64,000 nt of DNA from Escherichia coli (GTDB taxonomy: Bacteria; Pseudomonadota; Gammaproteobacteria; Enterobacterales; Enterobacteriaceae), in NCBI RefSeq assembly GCF_003018255.1, contig NZ_CP027440.1; one strand, written 5' to 3'. Position 1 is the stretch's first letter, and each line of letters begins with the position of its first letter. Positions 43,412 through 56,561 of the stretch are shown one piece after another. Both the position numbers and the translations under genes were made by a program. The notes under the pieces are model-generated. The model was not told where the DNA came from. It did not search any database and worked only from the letters and a program-made list of their open reading frames with translations.

Positions 43412-45601
43412 ATGGCGCGTTCCAAAACTGCTCAGCCAAAACACTCACTGCGTAAAATCGCAGTTGTAGTAGCCACAGCGGTTAGCGGCATGTCTGTTTA
43501 TGCACAGGCAGCGGTTGAACCGAAAGAAGACACTATCACCGTTACCGCTGCACCTGCGCCGCAAGAAAGCGCATGGGGACCGGCTGCAACTATTGCGGCG
43601 AAGCACTCTGCTACTGCGACTAAAACGGATACACCAATTGAAAAAACGCCGCAGTCTATTTCGGTTGTGACAAATGAAGAGATGCAGATGCATCAATTTC
43701 AGTCTGTAAAAGAAGCATTAGGTTATACACCTGGCGTTACGGTTAGCAGTCGTGGTGCTTCTAATACATATGATTTTGTTATTATTCGTGGTTTCTCATC
43801 TGTTGGTCTGAATCAAAATAATTACCTTGATGGACTAAAACTTCAGGGCAACTTTTATAACGATGCTGTGATTGATCCTTACATGCTCGAGAGGGTTGAA
43901 CTGATGCGCGGGCCGACGTCTGTTCTCTATGGGAAAAGTAATCCTGGTGGGATTATTTCTATGGTGAGTAAGCGTCCGACAACTGAACCCCTGAAAGAAA
44001 TTCAGTTTAAAATGGGGACGGATAATCTGTTTCAGACCGGATTCGATTTCAGTGATGCGCTGGATGATAACGGTGAGTTCTCCTACCGTTTGACTGGCCT
44101 CGCACGCTCAACAAACGAACAGCAGAAAAACTCTGAATCTCAGCGTTATACCATTGCTCCATCATTCTCATGGCGTCCAGACGACAAAACCAATTTTACT
44201 TTCCTGTCCTATTTTCAGAACGAACCAGAAACGGGTTATTACGGTTGGTTGCCGAAAGAGGGGACCGTTGAGCCATTGCCTAATGGTAAGCGTCTACCGA
44301 CTGACTTCAATGAAGGTGCATCGAATAATACATACTCCCGTAACCAGAAAATGGTGGGATATAGTTTTGAACATGGTTTTAATGACACCTTCACCGTGCG
44401 TCAGAATCTGCGTTTCAGTGAAATGAAAACCTCACAGAAAAGTGTTTATGGCACAGGGATTGCCAGCGATGGTCATACCCTAAACCGCGGGACAGTGGTG
44501 GATAATGAGCGTCTGCAAAACTTTAGCGTTGATACCCAACTTGAAAGTAAATTTGCTACAGGTGAAGTCGAGCATACTTTGCTGACAGGGGTAGACTTCA
44601 TGCGTATGCGCAATGATATCAATGCCAGCTTTGGATCTGCACCATCCATCGATCTTTATAACAAATATCATCCTGAATACTTTGCATTTGGTAACGCAGA
44701 GCCATACCAAATGAATGAAAGCAAACAAACAGGTATTTATGTTCAGGATCAGGCGGAATGGAATAAATGGGTATTCACTCTGGGGGGACGCTACGATTGG
44801 TCTAAGCAAGCGACCACTGTTCGTGAAAACTCTTATACGCCGACTGAAGGTTATATTGAGCGTAATGATCATCAGTTCACCTGGCGCGGTGGTGTAAACT
44901 ACTTATTCGATAATGGTATTTCACCTTACTTTAGTTATAGCCAGTCCTTTGAACCGAGTGCTTTCGATCTGTGGAGCAACCCGCGCGTTTCCTATAAGCC
45001 ATCGAAAGGTGAACAGTATGAAGCTGGCGTAAAATATGTTCCGAATGATATGCCGGTCGTTGTTACGGGCGCAGTCTATCAATTGACGAAAACAAATAAC
45101 CTGACAGCAGACCCAACAAACCCGTTAGCGCAAGTCCCAGCAGGTGAGATTCGCGCTCGTGGTGTGGAACTTGAAGCAAAAGCGGCGTTAAATGCCAATA
45201 TTAACTTGACGGCTTCTTATACCTACACAGATGCGGAATACACCAAAGACACCAATCTCAAAGGTAAAACTCCAGAACAAGTACCGGAGCATATGGCATC
45301 TCTCTGGGGGGATTATACCTTCAATGAAGGGCCGCTTTCTGGTTTAACATTGGGAACAGGTGGTCGTTTTATTGGTTCCAGCTATGGTGATCCGGCGAAC
45401 ACTTTTAAAGTGGGTAGCGCAGCTGTAATGGATGCTGTTGTAAAATATGATCTGGCACGCTTTGGTATGGCGGGATCCAGCCTTGCTGTGAACGTCAACA
45501 ATTTGCTCGATCGTGAGTATGTTGCCAGTTGCTTCCAGACCTATGGCTGCTTCTGGGGCGCAGAACGTCAGGTCGTTGCAACCGCAACCTTCCGTTTCTA
45601 A
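43412..45601 (+). CDS. fhuA: ferrichrome outer-membrane TonB-dependent transporter, divergent (mosaic) allele
   Basis: 729-aa ORF; signal peptide, TonB box DTITVTA, plug and 22-strand barrel, C-terminal ...ATATFRF; central part differs strongly from the K-12 protein as I recall it. Confidence 0.93.
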   Translation: MARSKTAQPKHSLRKIAVVVATAVSGMSVYAQAAVEPKEDTITVTAAPAPQESAWGPAATIAAKHSATATKTDTPIEKTPQSISVVTNEEMQMHQFQSVKEALGYTPGVTVSSRGASNTYDFVIIRGFSSVGLNQNNYLDGLKLQGNFYNDAVIDPYMLERVELMRGPTSVLYGKSNPGGIISMVSKRPTTEPLKEIQFKMGTDNLFQTGFDFSDALDDNGEFSYRLTGLARSTNEQQKNSESQRYTIAPSFSWRPDDKTNFTFLSYFQNEPETGYYGWLPKEGTVEPLPNGKRLPTDFNEGASNNTYSRNQKMVGYSFEHGFNDTFTVRQNLRFSEMKTSQKSVYGTGIASDGHTLNRGTVVDNERLQNFSVDTQLESKFATGEVEHTLLTGVDFMRMRNDINASFGSAPSIDLYNKYHPEYFAFGNAEPYQMNESKQTGIYVQDQAEWNKWVFTLGGRYDWSKQATTVRENSYTPTEGYIERNDHQFTWRGGVNYLFDNGISPYFSYSQSFEPSAFDLWSNPRVSYKPSKGEQYEAGVKYVPNDMPVVVTGAVYQLTKTNNLTADPTNPLAQVPAGEIRARGVELEAKAALNANINLTASYTYTDAEYTKDTNLKGKTPEQVPEHMASLWGDYTFNEGPLSGLTLGTGGRFIGSSYGDPANTFKVGSAAVMDAVVKYDLARFGMAGSSLAVNVNNLLDREYVASCFQTYGCFWGAERQVVATATFRF

Positions 45602-45651
45602 TTTTTTCTTTGGGGCACGGATTTCCGTGCCCGCTTCACAAGTTGGCTGTT

Positions 45652-46449
45652 ATGCAGGAATACACGAATCATTCCGATACCACTTTTGCACTGCGTAATA
45701 TCTCCTTTCGTGTGCCAGGGCGCACGCTTTTGCATCCGCTGTCGTTAACCTTTCCTGCCGGGAAAGTGACTGGTTTGATTGGTCACAACGGTTCTGGTAA
45801 ATCCACTCTGCTCAAAATGCTTGGCCGTCATCAGCCACCGTCGGAAGGCGAAATTCTTCTTGATGCCCAGCCGCTGGAAAGCTGGAGCAGCAAAGCGTTC
45901 GCCCGCAAAGTGGCTTATTTGCCGCAGCAGCTTCCTCCGGCAGAAGGGATGACCGTGCGTGAACTGGTGGCGATTGGTCGTTACCCGTGGCATGGCGCAC
46001 TGGGGCGCTTTGGTGCGGCAGATCGCGAAAAGGTCGAAGAGGCGATTTCGCTGGTTGGCTTAAAACCGCTGGCGCATCGGCTGGTCGATAGTCTCTCTGG
46101 CGGCGAACGTCAGCGGGCGTGGATCGCTATGCTGGTGGCGCAGGATAGCCGTTGTCTGTTGCTCGACGAACCGACCTCGGCGCTGGATATCGCCCACCAG
46201 GTTGATGTGCTGGCGCTGGTGCATCGTTTAAGTCAGGAACGTGGTCTGACGGTCATTGCCGTGCTGCACGATATTAATATGGCTGCGCGCTACTGTGATT
46301 ATCTGGTCGCCCTGCGCGGTGGTGAAATGATTGCTCAGGGAACGCCTGCGGAAATTATGCGCGGCGAAACCCTCGAAATGATTTATGGCATCCCGATGGG
46401 TATTCTGCCGCATCCGGCGGGTGCTGCACCTGTGAGTTTTGTTTATTGA
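45652..46449 (+). CDS. fhuC: ferric hydroxamate ABC transporter ATP-binding protein
   Basis: MQEYTNHSDTTFALRNISFRVPGRTLLHPLSLTF...; Walker A GHNGSGKST. Confidence 0.95.
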   Translation: MQEYTNHSDTTFALRNISFRVPGRTLLHPLSLTFPAGKVTGLIGHNGSGKSTLLKMLGRHQPPSEGEILLDAQPLESWSSKAFARKVAYLPQQLPPAEGMTVRELVAIGRYPWHGALGRFGAADREKVEEAISLVGLKPLAHRLVDSLSGGERQRAWIAMLVAQDSRCLLLDEPTSALDIAHQVDVLALVHRLSQERGLTVIAVLHDINMAARYCDYLVALRGGEMIAQGTPAEIMRGETLEMIYGIPMGILPHPAGAAPVSFVY

Positions 46450-47339
46450 TGAGCGGCTTACCTCTTATTTCGCGCCGCCGACTGTTAACGGCGATGGCGC
46501 TTTCTCCGTTGTTATGGCAGATGAATACCGCCCACGCGGCGATTATTGATCCCAATCGTATTGTGGCGCTGGAGTGGTTGCCGGTGGAATTACTGCTGGC
46601 GCTCGGCATCGTGCCTTACGGCGTGGCGGACACCATCAACTATCGCCTGTGGGTCAGCGAACCGCCATTGCCGGACTCAGTGATTGACGTTGGTTTGCGT
46701 ACAGAACCCAACCTTGAACTGCTGACCGAAATGAAACCGTCGTTTATGATCTGGTCGGCAGGATATGGCCCTTCACCAGAAATGCTGGCACGTATTGCGC
46801 CGGGGCGCGGATTTAACTTCAGCGACGGCAAACAGCCGCTGGCGATGGCGCGTAAATCACTGACGGAAATGGCAGATTTACTTAACCTGCAAAGCGCAGC
46901 AGAAACGCATTTAGCGCAATATGAAGACTTTATCCGCAGCATGAAACCCCGCTTTGTGAAGCGTGGTGCACGCCCGTTATTGCTGACGACGCTTATCGAT
47001 CCGCGCCATATGTTGGTCTTCGGTCCAAACAGCTTGTTCCAGGAAATTCTTGATGAGTACGGCATCCCAAATGCCTGGCAAGGGGAAACCAACTTCTGGG
47101 GCAGTACCGCCGTCAGTATCGATCGTCTGGCGGCGTATAAAGACGTTGATGTGCTCTGTTTTGATCACGACAACAGCAAAGACATGGATGCGCTAATGGC
47201 AACCCCGCTGTGGCAGGCCATGCCGTTTGTCCGTGCAGGACGTTTTCAGCGCGTTCCGGCGGTCTGGTTCTATGGCGCGACGCTTTCGGCAATGCACTTT
47301 GTGCGTATTCTGGATAACGCCATCGGAGGTAAAGCGTGA
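46449..47339 (+). CDS. fhuD: ferric hydroxamate periplasmic binding protein
   Basis: MSGLPLISRRRLLTAMALSPLLWQMNTAHA... ; ATG overlaps fhuC stop. Confidence 0.93.
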   Translation: MSGLPLISRRRLLTAMALSPLLWQMNTAHAAIIDPNRIVALEWLPVELLLALGIVPYGVADTINYRLWVSEPPLPDSVIDVGLRTEPNLELLTEMKPSFMIWSAGYGPSPEMLARIAPGRGFNFSDGKQPLAMARKSLTEMADLLNLQSAAETHLAQYEDFIRSMKPRFVKRGARPLLLTTLIDPRHMLVFGPNSLFQEILDEYGIPNAWQGETNFWGSTAVSIDRLAAYKDVDVLCFDHDNSKDMDALMATPLWQAMPFVRAGRFQRVPAVWFYGATLSAMHFVRILDNAIGGKA

Positions 47340-49318
47340 GTAAACGAATTGCGCTTTTTCCGGCGTTATTGCTGGCGCTGCTGGTGATTGTCGCTACGGC
47401 GCTCACCTGGATGAACTTCTCGCAGGCGTTGCCGCGCAGCCAGTGGGCGCAGGCCGCCTGGTCGCCGGATATTGACGTCATCGAGCAGATGATTTTTCAC
47501 TACAGCTTGTTGCCGCGTCTGGCGATTTCGCTGCTGGTGGGCGCGGGCCTGGGGCTGGTGGGCGTGCTGTTTCAGCAAGTGCTGCGTAACCCGCTGGCGG
47601 AACCGACGACGTTGGGCGTTGCAACAGGCGCGCAACTGGGGATTACCGTCACTACGCTCTGGGCGATCCCAGGTGCTATGGCGAGCCAGTTTGCTGCGCT
47701 GGCAGGGGCTTGCGTTGTTGGCTTAATTGTCTTTGGCGTCGCGTGGGGGAAACGGCTGTCGCCGGTAACGCTGATCCTCGCGGGGCTGGTAGTGAGCCTT
47801 TATTGTGGGGCAATCAATCAGTTACTGGTTATCTTCCATCACGACCAGCTACAAAGCATGTTCCTGTGGAGCACCGGAACGCTGACGCAAACCGACTGGG
47901 GCGGCGTTGAGCGTTTATGGCCGCAGCTGCTGGGCGGCGTGATGCTGACGTTATTGCTACTTCGCCCGTTAACCCTGATGGGGCTTGATGATGGCGTGGC
48001 GCGCAATCTCGGTCTGGCCTTGTCGCTGGCGCGTCTGGCGGCGCTGTCGCTGGCGATAGTCATCAGTGCGCTGCTGGTGAATGCAGTGGGGATTATCGGC
48101 TTTATCGGGTTGTTCGCGCCGCTGCTGGCAAAAATGCTGGGGGCGCGGCGTCTGCTGCCACGGTTAATGCTGGCGTCGCTGATTGGTGCGTTAATTCTGT
48201 GGCTTTCTGATCAAATCATCCTCTGGCTGACTCGCGTGTGGATGGAAGTTTCCACCGGTTCGGTCACTGCGTTGATCGGTGCGCCGCTGCTACTGTGGCT
48301 GCTGCCGCGTTTACGCAGCATTAGCGCGCCGGATATGAAGGTCAACGATCGTGTCGCGGCTGAACGCCAACATGTGCTGGCGTTTGCCCTCGCGGGCGGC
48401 GTGCTGCTGTTGATGGCTGTGGTAGTGGCGCTGTCGTTTGGTCGTGATGCGCACGGCTGGACGTGGGCGAGCGGGGCGTTGCTCGAGGATTTAATGCCCT
48501 GGCGCTGGCCGCGAATTATGGCGGCGCTGTTTGCGGGCGTCATGCTGGCGGTGGCGGGCTGTATTATTCAGCGGCTGACCGGAAACCCGATGGCAAGCCC
48601 GGAAGTGCTGGGGATTAGCTCCGGCGCGGCGTTTGGCGTGGTGTTGATGCTGTTTCTGGTGCCGGGTAATGCCTTTGGCTGGCTGTTACCTGCAGGCAGT
48701 CTCGGCGCGGCGGTGACGCTGTTGATCATTATGATCGCCGCCGGACGCGGTGGATTTTCCCCACACCGCATGTTACTGGCGGGGATGGCGTTAAGTACCG
48801 CGTTCACCATGCTTTTGATGATGTTGCAGGCAAGTGGTGACCCGCGAATGGCGCAAGTGCTGACCTGGATCTCCGGTTCGACCTACAACGCGACCGATGC
48901 GCAGGTCTGGCGCACGGGAATTGTGATGGTAATTTTGCTGGCGATTAACCCGCTGTGCCGCCGCTGGCTGACCATTTTACCGCTGGGCGGTGATACCGCA
49001 CGAGCCGTAGGAATGGCGCTGACGCCGACGCGAATTGCGCTGCTGCTATTAGCGGCTTGCCTGACGGCGACCGCGACGATGACTATTGGACCGTTGAGTT
49101 TTGTTGGTTTAATGGCACCGCATATTGCGCGGATGATGGGTTTTCGACGGACGATGCCACACATCGTAATTTCGGCGCTGGTGGGTGGTTTACTGCTGGT
49201 GTTCGCTGACTGGTGTGGGCGGATGGTATTGTTTCCATTCCAGATCCCGGCGGGGCTGCTGTCAACCTTTATCGGCGCGCCATATTTTATCTATTTGTTG
49301 AGAAAGCAGAGCCGTTAA
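47336..49318 (+). CDS. fhuB: ferric hydroxamate ABC transporter permease (fused duplicated permease)
   Basis: 660-aa polytopic ORF from GTG 47336 overlapping fhuD stop. Confidence 0.95.
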   Translation: MSKRIALFPALLLALLVIVATALTWMNFSQALPRSQWAQAAWSPDIDVIEQMIFHYSLLPRLAISLLVGAGLGLVGVLFQQVLRNPLAEPTTLGVATGAQLGITVTTLWAIPGAMASQFAALAGACVVGLIVFGVAWGKRLSPVTLILAGLVVSLYCGAINQLLVIFHHDQLQSMFLWSTGTLTQTDWGGVERLWPQLLGGVMLTLLLLRPLTLMGLDDGVARNLGLALSLARLAALSLAIVISALLVNAVGIIGFIGLFAPLLAKMLGARRLLPRLMLASLIGALILWLSDQIILWLTRVWMEVSTGSVTALIGAPLLLWLLPRLRSISAPDMKVNDRVAAERQHVLAFALAGGVLLLMAVVVALSFGRDAHGWTWASGALLEDLMPWRWPRIMAALFAGVMLAVAGCIIQRLTGNPMASPEVLGISSGAAFGVVLMLFLVPGNAFGWLLPAGSLGAAVTLLIIMIAAGRGGFSPHRMLLAGMALSTAFTMLLMMLQASGDPRMAQVLTWISGSTYNATDAQVWRTGIVMVILLAINPLCRRWLTILPLGGDTARAVGMALTPTRIALLLLAACLTATATMTIGPLSFVGLMAPHIARMMGFRRTMPHIVISALVGGLLLVFADWCGRMVLFPFQIPAGLLSTFIGAPYFIYLLRKQSR

Positions 49319-49324
49319 TAGAAT

Positions 49325-49345
49325 GCCTCGCCCGGTGGGCGAGGC
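49325..49345. terminator. hairpin GCCTCGCCC-GGT-GGGCGAGGC between convergent fhuB and hemL
   Basis: perfect 9-bp GC-rich stem between the two stop codons. Confidence 0.55.
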
Positions 49346-49352
49346 AAAATCA

Positions 49353-50633
49353 TCACAACTTCGCAAACACCCGACGTGCAGCATCGATGGTGTTATTGAT
49401 ATCTTCCATGCTGTGCGCCACGGACATAAAGCCCGCTTCAAACGCTGACGGTGCCAGATAAACACCTTCGTCCAGCATCATATGGAAGAAACGCTTAAAG
49501 CGTTCCACGTCACAGGCCATCACATCCTGATAGCACGTCACGGACTCGGCGTCGGTAAAGAAAATACCGAACATGCCGCCAACGTGGTTTACCACCAGCG
49601 GAATTCCGGCTTCTTCTGCCGCTTCCAGCAGACCTTCTGCCAGACGTGTTGTCAGCTCATCCAGCGTCTCGTGAACGCCCGGCTGTGCGACTTCATTCAG
49701 ACAGGCGAAACCAGCTGCCATCGCAATCGGGTTACCGGAAAGCGTACCCGCCTGATAGACCGGACCAGTCGGGGCCAGCGCATCCATTACATCACGACGA
49801 CCACCGAATGCGCCTACCGGCATTCCACCGCCGATGATTTTGCCGAGGCAGGTTAAATCTGGCACTACGCCGTAATAATCCTGTGCGCCAGCTAGCGCTA
49901 CGCGGAAACCGGTCATCACTTCATCGATGATCAGCAACGCGCCAAATTCGTCACACAGCGCACGCAGACCTGGCAGGAACTCTGGCAGCGGTGGAACGCA
50001 GTTCATATTGCCTGCCACCGGCTCGACGATAATACAGGCAATCTCATGCGGGTACTGTTCGAACGCGGCGCGTACAGAGGCCAGATCGTTATAAGTACAG
50101 GTTAAGGTATGTTTGGCGAAATCTGCCGGAACACCCGGCGAGTTTGGCTGGCCTAACGTGAGTGCGCCAGAACCGGCTTTCACCAGCAGGCAGTCAGCGT
50201 GACCGTGGTAACAACCTTCAAATTTAATGATTTTGTCGCGACCGGTAAAACCACGGGCCAGGCGGATTGCGCTCATGGTCGCTTCAGTGCCGGAGTTCAC
50301 CATGCGCACCATATCCATGGTCGGGACCAGTTCGGTCACCAGTTGCGCCATTTTCACTTCCATTTCGGTCGGTGCACCAAAGCTTAAACCACGCTCGGCG
50401 GCTTCAATCACGGCATTGCGGATCGCCGGATGGTTATGGCCCAGCACCATCGGCCCCCAGGAACCGACATAATCGATATAGGCTTTGCCATCAACATCGT
50501 ACAGATAAGCGCCGTCCGCTTTTTCGATAAACAGTGGAGTGCCGCCCACGCCAGTAAAGGCGCGAACAGGGGAGTTCACACCGCCAGGGATCAGCTCGCG
50601 CGCTGCGCTGTAAAGATTTTCAGACTTACTCAT
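49353..50633 (-). CDS. hemL: glutamate-1-semialdehyde 2,1-aminomutase
   Basis: [43 protein letters not shown]... Confidence 0.96.
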   Translation of the reverse strand: MSKSENLYSAARELIPGGVNSPVRAFTGVGGTPLFIEKADGAYLYDVDGKAYIDYVGSWGPMVLGHNHPAIRNAVIEAAERGLSFGAPTEMEVKMAQLVTELVPTMDMVRMVNSGTEATMSAIRLARGFTGRDKIIKFEGCYHGHADCLLVKAGSGALTLGQPNSPGVPADFAKHTLTCTYNDLASVRAAFEQYPHEIACIIVEPVAGNMNCVPPLPEFLPGLRALCDEFGALLIIDEVMTGFRVALAGAQDYYGVVPDLTCLGKIIGGGMPVGAFGGRRDVMDALAPTGPVYQAGTLSGNPIAMAAGFACLNEVAQPGVHETLDELTTRLAEGLLEAAEEAGIPLVVNHVGGMFGIFFTDAESVTCYQDVMACDVERFKRFFHMMLDEGVYLAPSAFEAGFMSVAHSMEDINNTIDAARRVFAKL

Positions 50634-50839
50634 GGAGGGTTCCTGATTCGTAGAAAAAGTGAATGGCTGCTATTCTATGTTATTCATAACAAGTTAAATA
50701 CTCGTCAAACATCAGGCTGCTTGTACTGGTGCAATCCTGATTTCTTAGAGTATAAAAGTTTTGTGCATTTGAAACATTACGCTTTGCAAAGGATTTTCAT
50801 GGAACGTGCGAGTAAAATGCCGTCATCTTATTTGTATGA

Positions 50840-52279
<1,440 letters not shown>

Positions 52280-52360
52280 ACGAAATACCAGGGTATTAGA
52301 TAATGGCGATTATTATTGGGTTAGAATTTGCCCAATTGCCGATGTCGTTTGGAGCAAAAT

Positions 52361-52705
52361 ATGAGTGATGACGTAGCACTGCCGCTGGAGTTTACCGACG
52401 CAGCAGCCAACAAAGTTAAAAGCCTGATCGCTGACGAAGATAACCCGAATCTGAAATTACGCGTGTATATTACCGGTGGCGGTTGCAGCGGCTTCCAGTA
52501 TGGTTTCACCTTTGATGATCAGGTGAACGAAGGCGATATGACCATCGAAAAACAGGGCGTTGGCCTGGTGGTTGATCCGATGAGCCTGCAATATCTGGTC
52601 GGCGGTTCCGTTGACTATACCGAAGGTCTGGAAGGTTCTCGTTTCATCGTGACCAACCCGAACGCGAAAAGCACCTGCGGTTGCGGTTCTTCCTTTAGCA
52701 TCTAA
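52361..52705 (+). CDS. erpA: iron-sulfur cluster insertion protein ErpA (A-type carrier)
   Basis: [47 protein letters not shown]...CGCGSSFSI. Confidence 0.95.
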
Positions 52706-52717
52706 TCTGTTGTTCAT

Positions 52718-52740
52718 GTGCCGGATAAACTATCCGGCAC
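52718..52740. terminator. hairpin GTGCCGGATA-AAC-TATCCGGCAC between convergent erpA and yadS
   Basis: perfect 10-bp stem read from sequence. Confidence 0.55.
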
Positions 52741-52751
52741 ATCTTCTCTCT

Positions 52752-53375
52752 TCAACGCCCATTCTCATCCAGCGCAAACGTCGGTAGCTTAAGATGCCAA
52801 CGAATAGCCGCCAGCCGAATCAATAGCGTCACGACCATGCCCATCATACTGGCTGTTTCCAGTGGTACGGAAAATGTGTAATAAGCCGTAGCGTGGACAA
52901 TACCGCCGATAATACAGGCTGTTGCGTAGATTTCTGTACGTAAAATCATGGGGATCTCGCGGGCAAGTACATCACGAATGATCCCGCCGCCAACGCCAGT
53001 AATGACGCCCATACAAACCGCGATTAACGGACCGGCTTCCGCATTAAAGGCTTTATTCACGCCAATGCCGACAAACACTGCCAGACCAACGGCGTCCAGC
53101 ACCGGCAACATCCATTTTGGTAAGCGTCTTGGCTGGCGCACCAGCACGATGGTCAGCATGCTGGTGACCATTGCAACGACCAGATCGGTGGGATCTTTCA
53201 CCCAAAATACCGGGCCGTGATCCAGCGCCATGTCGCGAATTGTTCCGCCGCCTACTGCGGTAACCACGCCCAATACCAGAACACCAAAAGGGTCCATACG
53301 CAATTTTCCGGCTAACAAAACGCCAGAGATAGCAAATACCGCTGTGCCGACTATATCCAGCCAATAGACGAGCAT
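52752..53375 (-). CDS. yadS: UPF0126 inner membrane protein
   Basis: 207-aa polytopic membrane ORF MLVYWLDIVGTAVFAISGVLLAGK... Confidence 0.9.
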   Translation of the reverse strand: MLVYWLDIVGTAVFAISGVLLAGKLRMDPFGVLVLGVVTAVGGGTIRDMALDHGPVFWVKDPTDLVVAMVTSMLTIVLVRQPRRLPKWMLPVLDAVGLAVFVGIGVNKAFNAEAGPLIAVCMGVITGVGGGIIRDVLAREIPMILRTEIYATACIIGGIVHATAYYTFSVPLETASMMGMVVTLLIRLAAIRWHLKLPTFALDENGR

Positions 53376-53412
53376 TGTTCAATCCCCACTGAGCACCTGA
53401 AAAGGTCAGGCA

Positions 53413-54213
53413 TTAATCTACCTGTGAAAGCGCATTACAGAGCTGTTGTGCAGCGAGGATAATACGTGGGCTTGCACGTTCAAACCAGTCACTCGTGAGA
53501 GGAATAACGGGAATTTTGAGCTGTTCACCCCAGTATTGTTTGATTTTAGGAATTTGGTCCGGTCCGCCTGTAATGACAATCGCCTGTGGCGCGCGTGCTA
53601 ACACCTGTTCGCGGCTAACTTGCGGCCAGGGAACCCGGCTGTCTTTAAAGATGTTTTCTCCGCCACAAACTTCGAGTACCTGGTTTTGAATCGACTCTTT
53701 TCCACTAGTAAATGGCGGATTAATGCCGAATTGCAGAAAAACACGTTTTTTAGGTTTATCAGCATATTGCGCTTTCAATTGCGCGTACTGGTCCAGCAGG
53801 GATTGCGCGGCTTGTTCGGCCTTATCCGGTTGCGGACTCCAGGGGACCAGTTGACGTAACGCATTGGCAATTTGTTCAATGCTTGTCGCATCGACCCACA
53901 TCACTTTTATTCCCAGAGAAGCCAGCTGGTCAACCTGCCGCTCGGCATTACCTCCACGCCAGGCAATCACCAGATCGGGTTTCAGCGCCACAATGCGTTC
54001 CAGATTCATCCCCTGCCAGGTGGAAACCTGCTCAATTTTTTGCGCTTGTGGAGGATAGTCGGAATAGCTGCTGACCCCAACCGGCGTGATCCCGGCGGCA
54101 AAGGCAAGTTCAGTGTTGGCGGGAGAAAGCGTGATGACGCGCGGCGCGGCGTTGAGCCACAGCGGCGCGAGAAAAGACAGGGCGACCAGCGCCCTGAACA
54201 GTGACTTAGCCAT
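53413..54213 (-). CDS. btuF: vitamin B12 periplasmic binding protein
   Basis: [41 protein letters not shown]...; ORF-track extension rejected. Confidence 0.92.
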   Translation of the reverse strand: MAKSLFRALVALSFLAPLWLNAAPRVITLSPANTELAFAAGITPVGVSSYSDYPPQAQKIEQVSTWQGMNLERIVALKPDLVIAWRGGNAERQVDQLASLGIKVMWVDATSIEQIANALRQLVPWSPQPDKAEQAAQSLLDQYAQLKAQYADKPKKRVFLQFGINPPFTSGKESIQNQVLEVCGGENIFKDSRVPWPQVSREQVLARAPQAIVITGGPDQIPKIKQYWGEQLKIPVIPLTSDWFERASPRIILAAQQLCNALSQVD

Positions 54214-54904
54214 GTGCCAGTTTCTGCACCAGTGACTCAACCATCAGGCTGGACTGTTTAGCGGCAACAGCCAGGAACTCATCGAAGCTAAGATGAGACT
54301 GTTGATCGGCCACGTCGGAAATGGCGCGTACGACAACAAACGGGACGTTGAAATTGTGGCAGACATGGGCGATTGCCGTCGCTTCCATCTCTACAGCAAT
54401 GGCCTGTGGGAAGTTGTGGCGGATTTTCGCCAGACCAACAGAACCATTGATGAAAGCGTCGCCGCTGACAATCAGGCCACGTACAGCGTTTAGATTCAGT
54501 TCGGCAATGCAGGCCTCAGCGGCAGCGATCAGTTTATCGTCAGCTTTAAAGCCTGCCGGGCAGCCTGGTAACTGGCCGTATTCATAACCAAATGCCGTGA
54601 CATCCGCGTCGTGATAACGCGCTTCGTCCGAGACAACGATATCGCCCACTTTCAGTGTTGGTGCCAGGCCACCGGCAGAACCGGTGTTAATAATCACATC
54701 TGGCTTGCAGTGTTCCAACAGCAAAGTGGCACCCAGCGCCGCAGCGACTTTACCGATGCCCGATTTCAGAAGCGCAACCTCGGTTCCATTCAGTTGGCCG
54801 GTATAGATTTCGCAACCGCCGAGACTGATAGTTTGACGGTTTTCGATTTTGTCACGCAGTAGCGTAACTTCTTCTTCCATTGCACCAATGATGCCGATTT
54901 TCAT
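54206..54904 (-). CDS. mtnN: 5'-methylthioadenosine/S-adenosylhomocysteine nucleosidase
   Basis: [53 protein letters not shown]...; 8-bp overlap with btuF start. Confidence 0.95.
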   Translation of the reverse strand: MKIGIIGAMEEEVTLLRDKIENRQTISLGGCEIYTGQLNGTEVALLKSGIGKVAAALGATLLLEHCKPDVIINTGSAGGLAPTLKVGDIVVSDEARYHDADVTAFGYEYGQLPGCPAGFKADDKLIAAAEACIAELNLNAVRGLIVSGDAFINGSVGLAKIRHNFPQAIAVEMEATAIAHVCHNFNVPFVVVRAISDVADQQSHLSFDEFLAVAAKQSSLMVESLVQKLAHG

Positions 54905-54987
54905 AGATTTACTCGCGATAAGCCCGATTTGAAGGCATAGTTTACCATGCGCTTACGGGGAAGCGTATTTCTCACGCGGGAGAGGAC

Positions 54988-56505
54988 ATGGCACAGATTG
55001 ATTTCCGAAAAAAAATAAACTGGCATCGTCGTTACCGTTCACCGCAGGGCGTTAAAACCGAACATGAGATCCTACGGATCTTCGAGAGCGATCGCGGGCG
55101 TATCATCAACTCTCCGGCAATTCGTCGTCTGCAACAAAAAACCCAGGTTTTTCCACTGGAGCGCAATGCCGCCGTGCGCACGCGTCTTACCCACTCGATG
55201 GAAGTCCAGCAGGTGGGGCGCTACATCGCCAAAGAAATTTTAAGCCGTCTGAAAGAGCTTAAATTACTGGAAGCATACGGCCTGGATGAACTGACCGGCC
55301 CCTTTGAAAGCATTGTTGAGATGTCATGCCTTATGCACGATATCGGCAATCCGCCGTTTGGTCATTTTGGCGAAGCGGCGATAAATGACTGGTTTCGCCA
55401 GCGTTTGCACCCGGAAGATGCCGAAAGCCAGCCTCTGACTGACGATCGCTGCAGCGTGGCAGCACTACGTTTACGGGACGGGGAAGAACCGCTTAACGAG
55501 CTGCGGCGCAAAATACGTCAGGACTTATGTCATTTTGAGGGGAATGCACAAGGCATTCGTCTGGTGCATACATTGATGCGGATGAATCTCACCTGGGCAC
55601 AGGTTGGCGGTATTTTAAAATATACTCGTCCGGCGTGGTGGCGTGGTGAAACGCCTGAGACACATCACTATTTAATGAAAAAGCCGGGTTATTATCTTTC
55701 TGAGGAAGCCTATATTGCCCGGTTGCGTAAAGAACTTAATTTGGCGCTTTACAGTCGTTTTCCATTAACGTGGATTATGGAAGCTGCCGACGACATCTCC
55801 TATTGTGTGGCAGACCTTGAAGATGCGGTAGAGAAAAGAATATTTACCGTTGAGCAGCTTTATCATCATTTGCACGAAGCGTGGGGCCAGCATGAGAAAG
55901 GTTCGCTCTATTCGCTGGTGGTTGAAAATGCCTGGGAAAAATCACGCTCAAATAGTTTAAGCCGCAGTACGGAAGATCAGTTTTTTATGTATTTACGGGT
56001 AAACACCCTAAATAAACTGGTACCCTACGCGGCACAACGATTTATTGATAATCTGCCTGCGATTTTCGCCGGAACGTTTAATCATGCATTATTGGAAGAT
56101 GCCAGCGAATGCAGTGATCTTCTAAAGCTATATAAAAATGTCGCTGTAAAACATGTATTTAGCCATCCAGATGTCGAGCAGCTTGAATTGCAGGGCTATC
56201 GGGTCATTAGCGGATTATTAGAGATTTATCGCCCTTTATTAAGCCTGTCGTTATCAGACTTTACTGAACTGGTAGAAAAAGAACGGGTGAAACGTTTCCC
56301 TATTGAATCGCGCTTATTCAACAAACTCTCGACGCGCCATCGGCTGGCCTATGTCGAGGCTGTCAGTAAATTACCGTCAGATTCTCCTGAGTTTCCGCTA
56401 TGGGAATATTATTACCGTTGCCGCCTGCTGCAGGATTATATCAGCGGTATGACCGACCTCTATGCGTGGGATGAATACCGACGTCTGATGGCCGTAGAAC
56501 AATAA
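54988..56505 (+). CDS. dgt: deoxyguanosinetriphosphate triphosphohydrolase
   Basis: [55 protein letters not shown]...; HD-domain motifs. Confidence 0.95.
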   Translation: MAQIDFRKKINWHRRYRSPQGVKTEHEILRIFESDRGRIINSPAIRRLQQKTQVFPLERNAAVRTRLTHSMEVQQVGRYIAKEILSRLKELKLLEAYGLDELTGPFESIVEMSCLMHDIGNPPFGHFGEAAINDWFRQRLHPEDAESQPLTDDRCSVAALRLRDGEEPLNELRRKIRQDLCHFEGNAQGIRLVHTLMRMNLTWAQVGGILKYTRPAWWRGETPETHHYLMKKPGYYLSEEAYIARLRKELNLALYSRFPLTWIMEAADDISYCVADLEDAVEKRIFTVEQLYHHLHEAWGQHEKGSLYSLVVENAWEKSRSNSLSRSTEDQFFMYLRVNTLNKLVPYAAQRFIDNLPAIFAGTFNHALLEDASECSDLLKLYKNVAVKHVFSHPDVEQLELQGYRVISGLLEIYRPLLSLSLSDFTELVEKERVKRFPIESRLFNKLSTRHRLAYVEAVSKLPSDSPEFPLWEYYYRCRLLQDYISGMTDLYAWDEYRRLMAVEQ

Positions 56506-56561
56506 CCAGGCTTTTGTAAAGACGAACAATAAATTTTTACCTTTTGCAGAAACTTTAGTTC

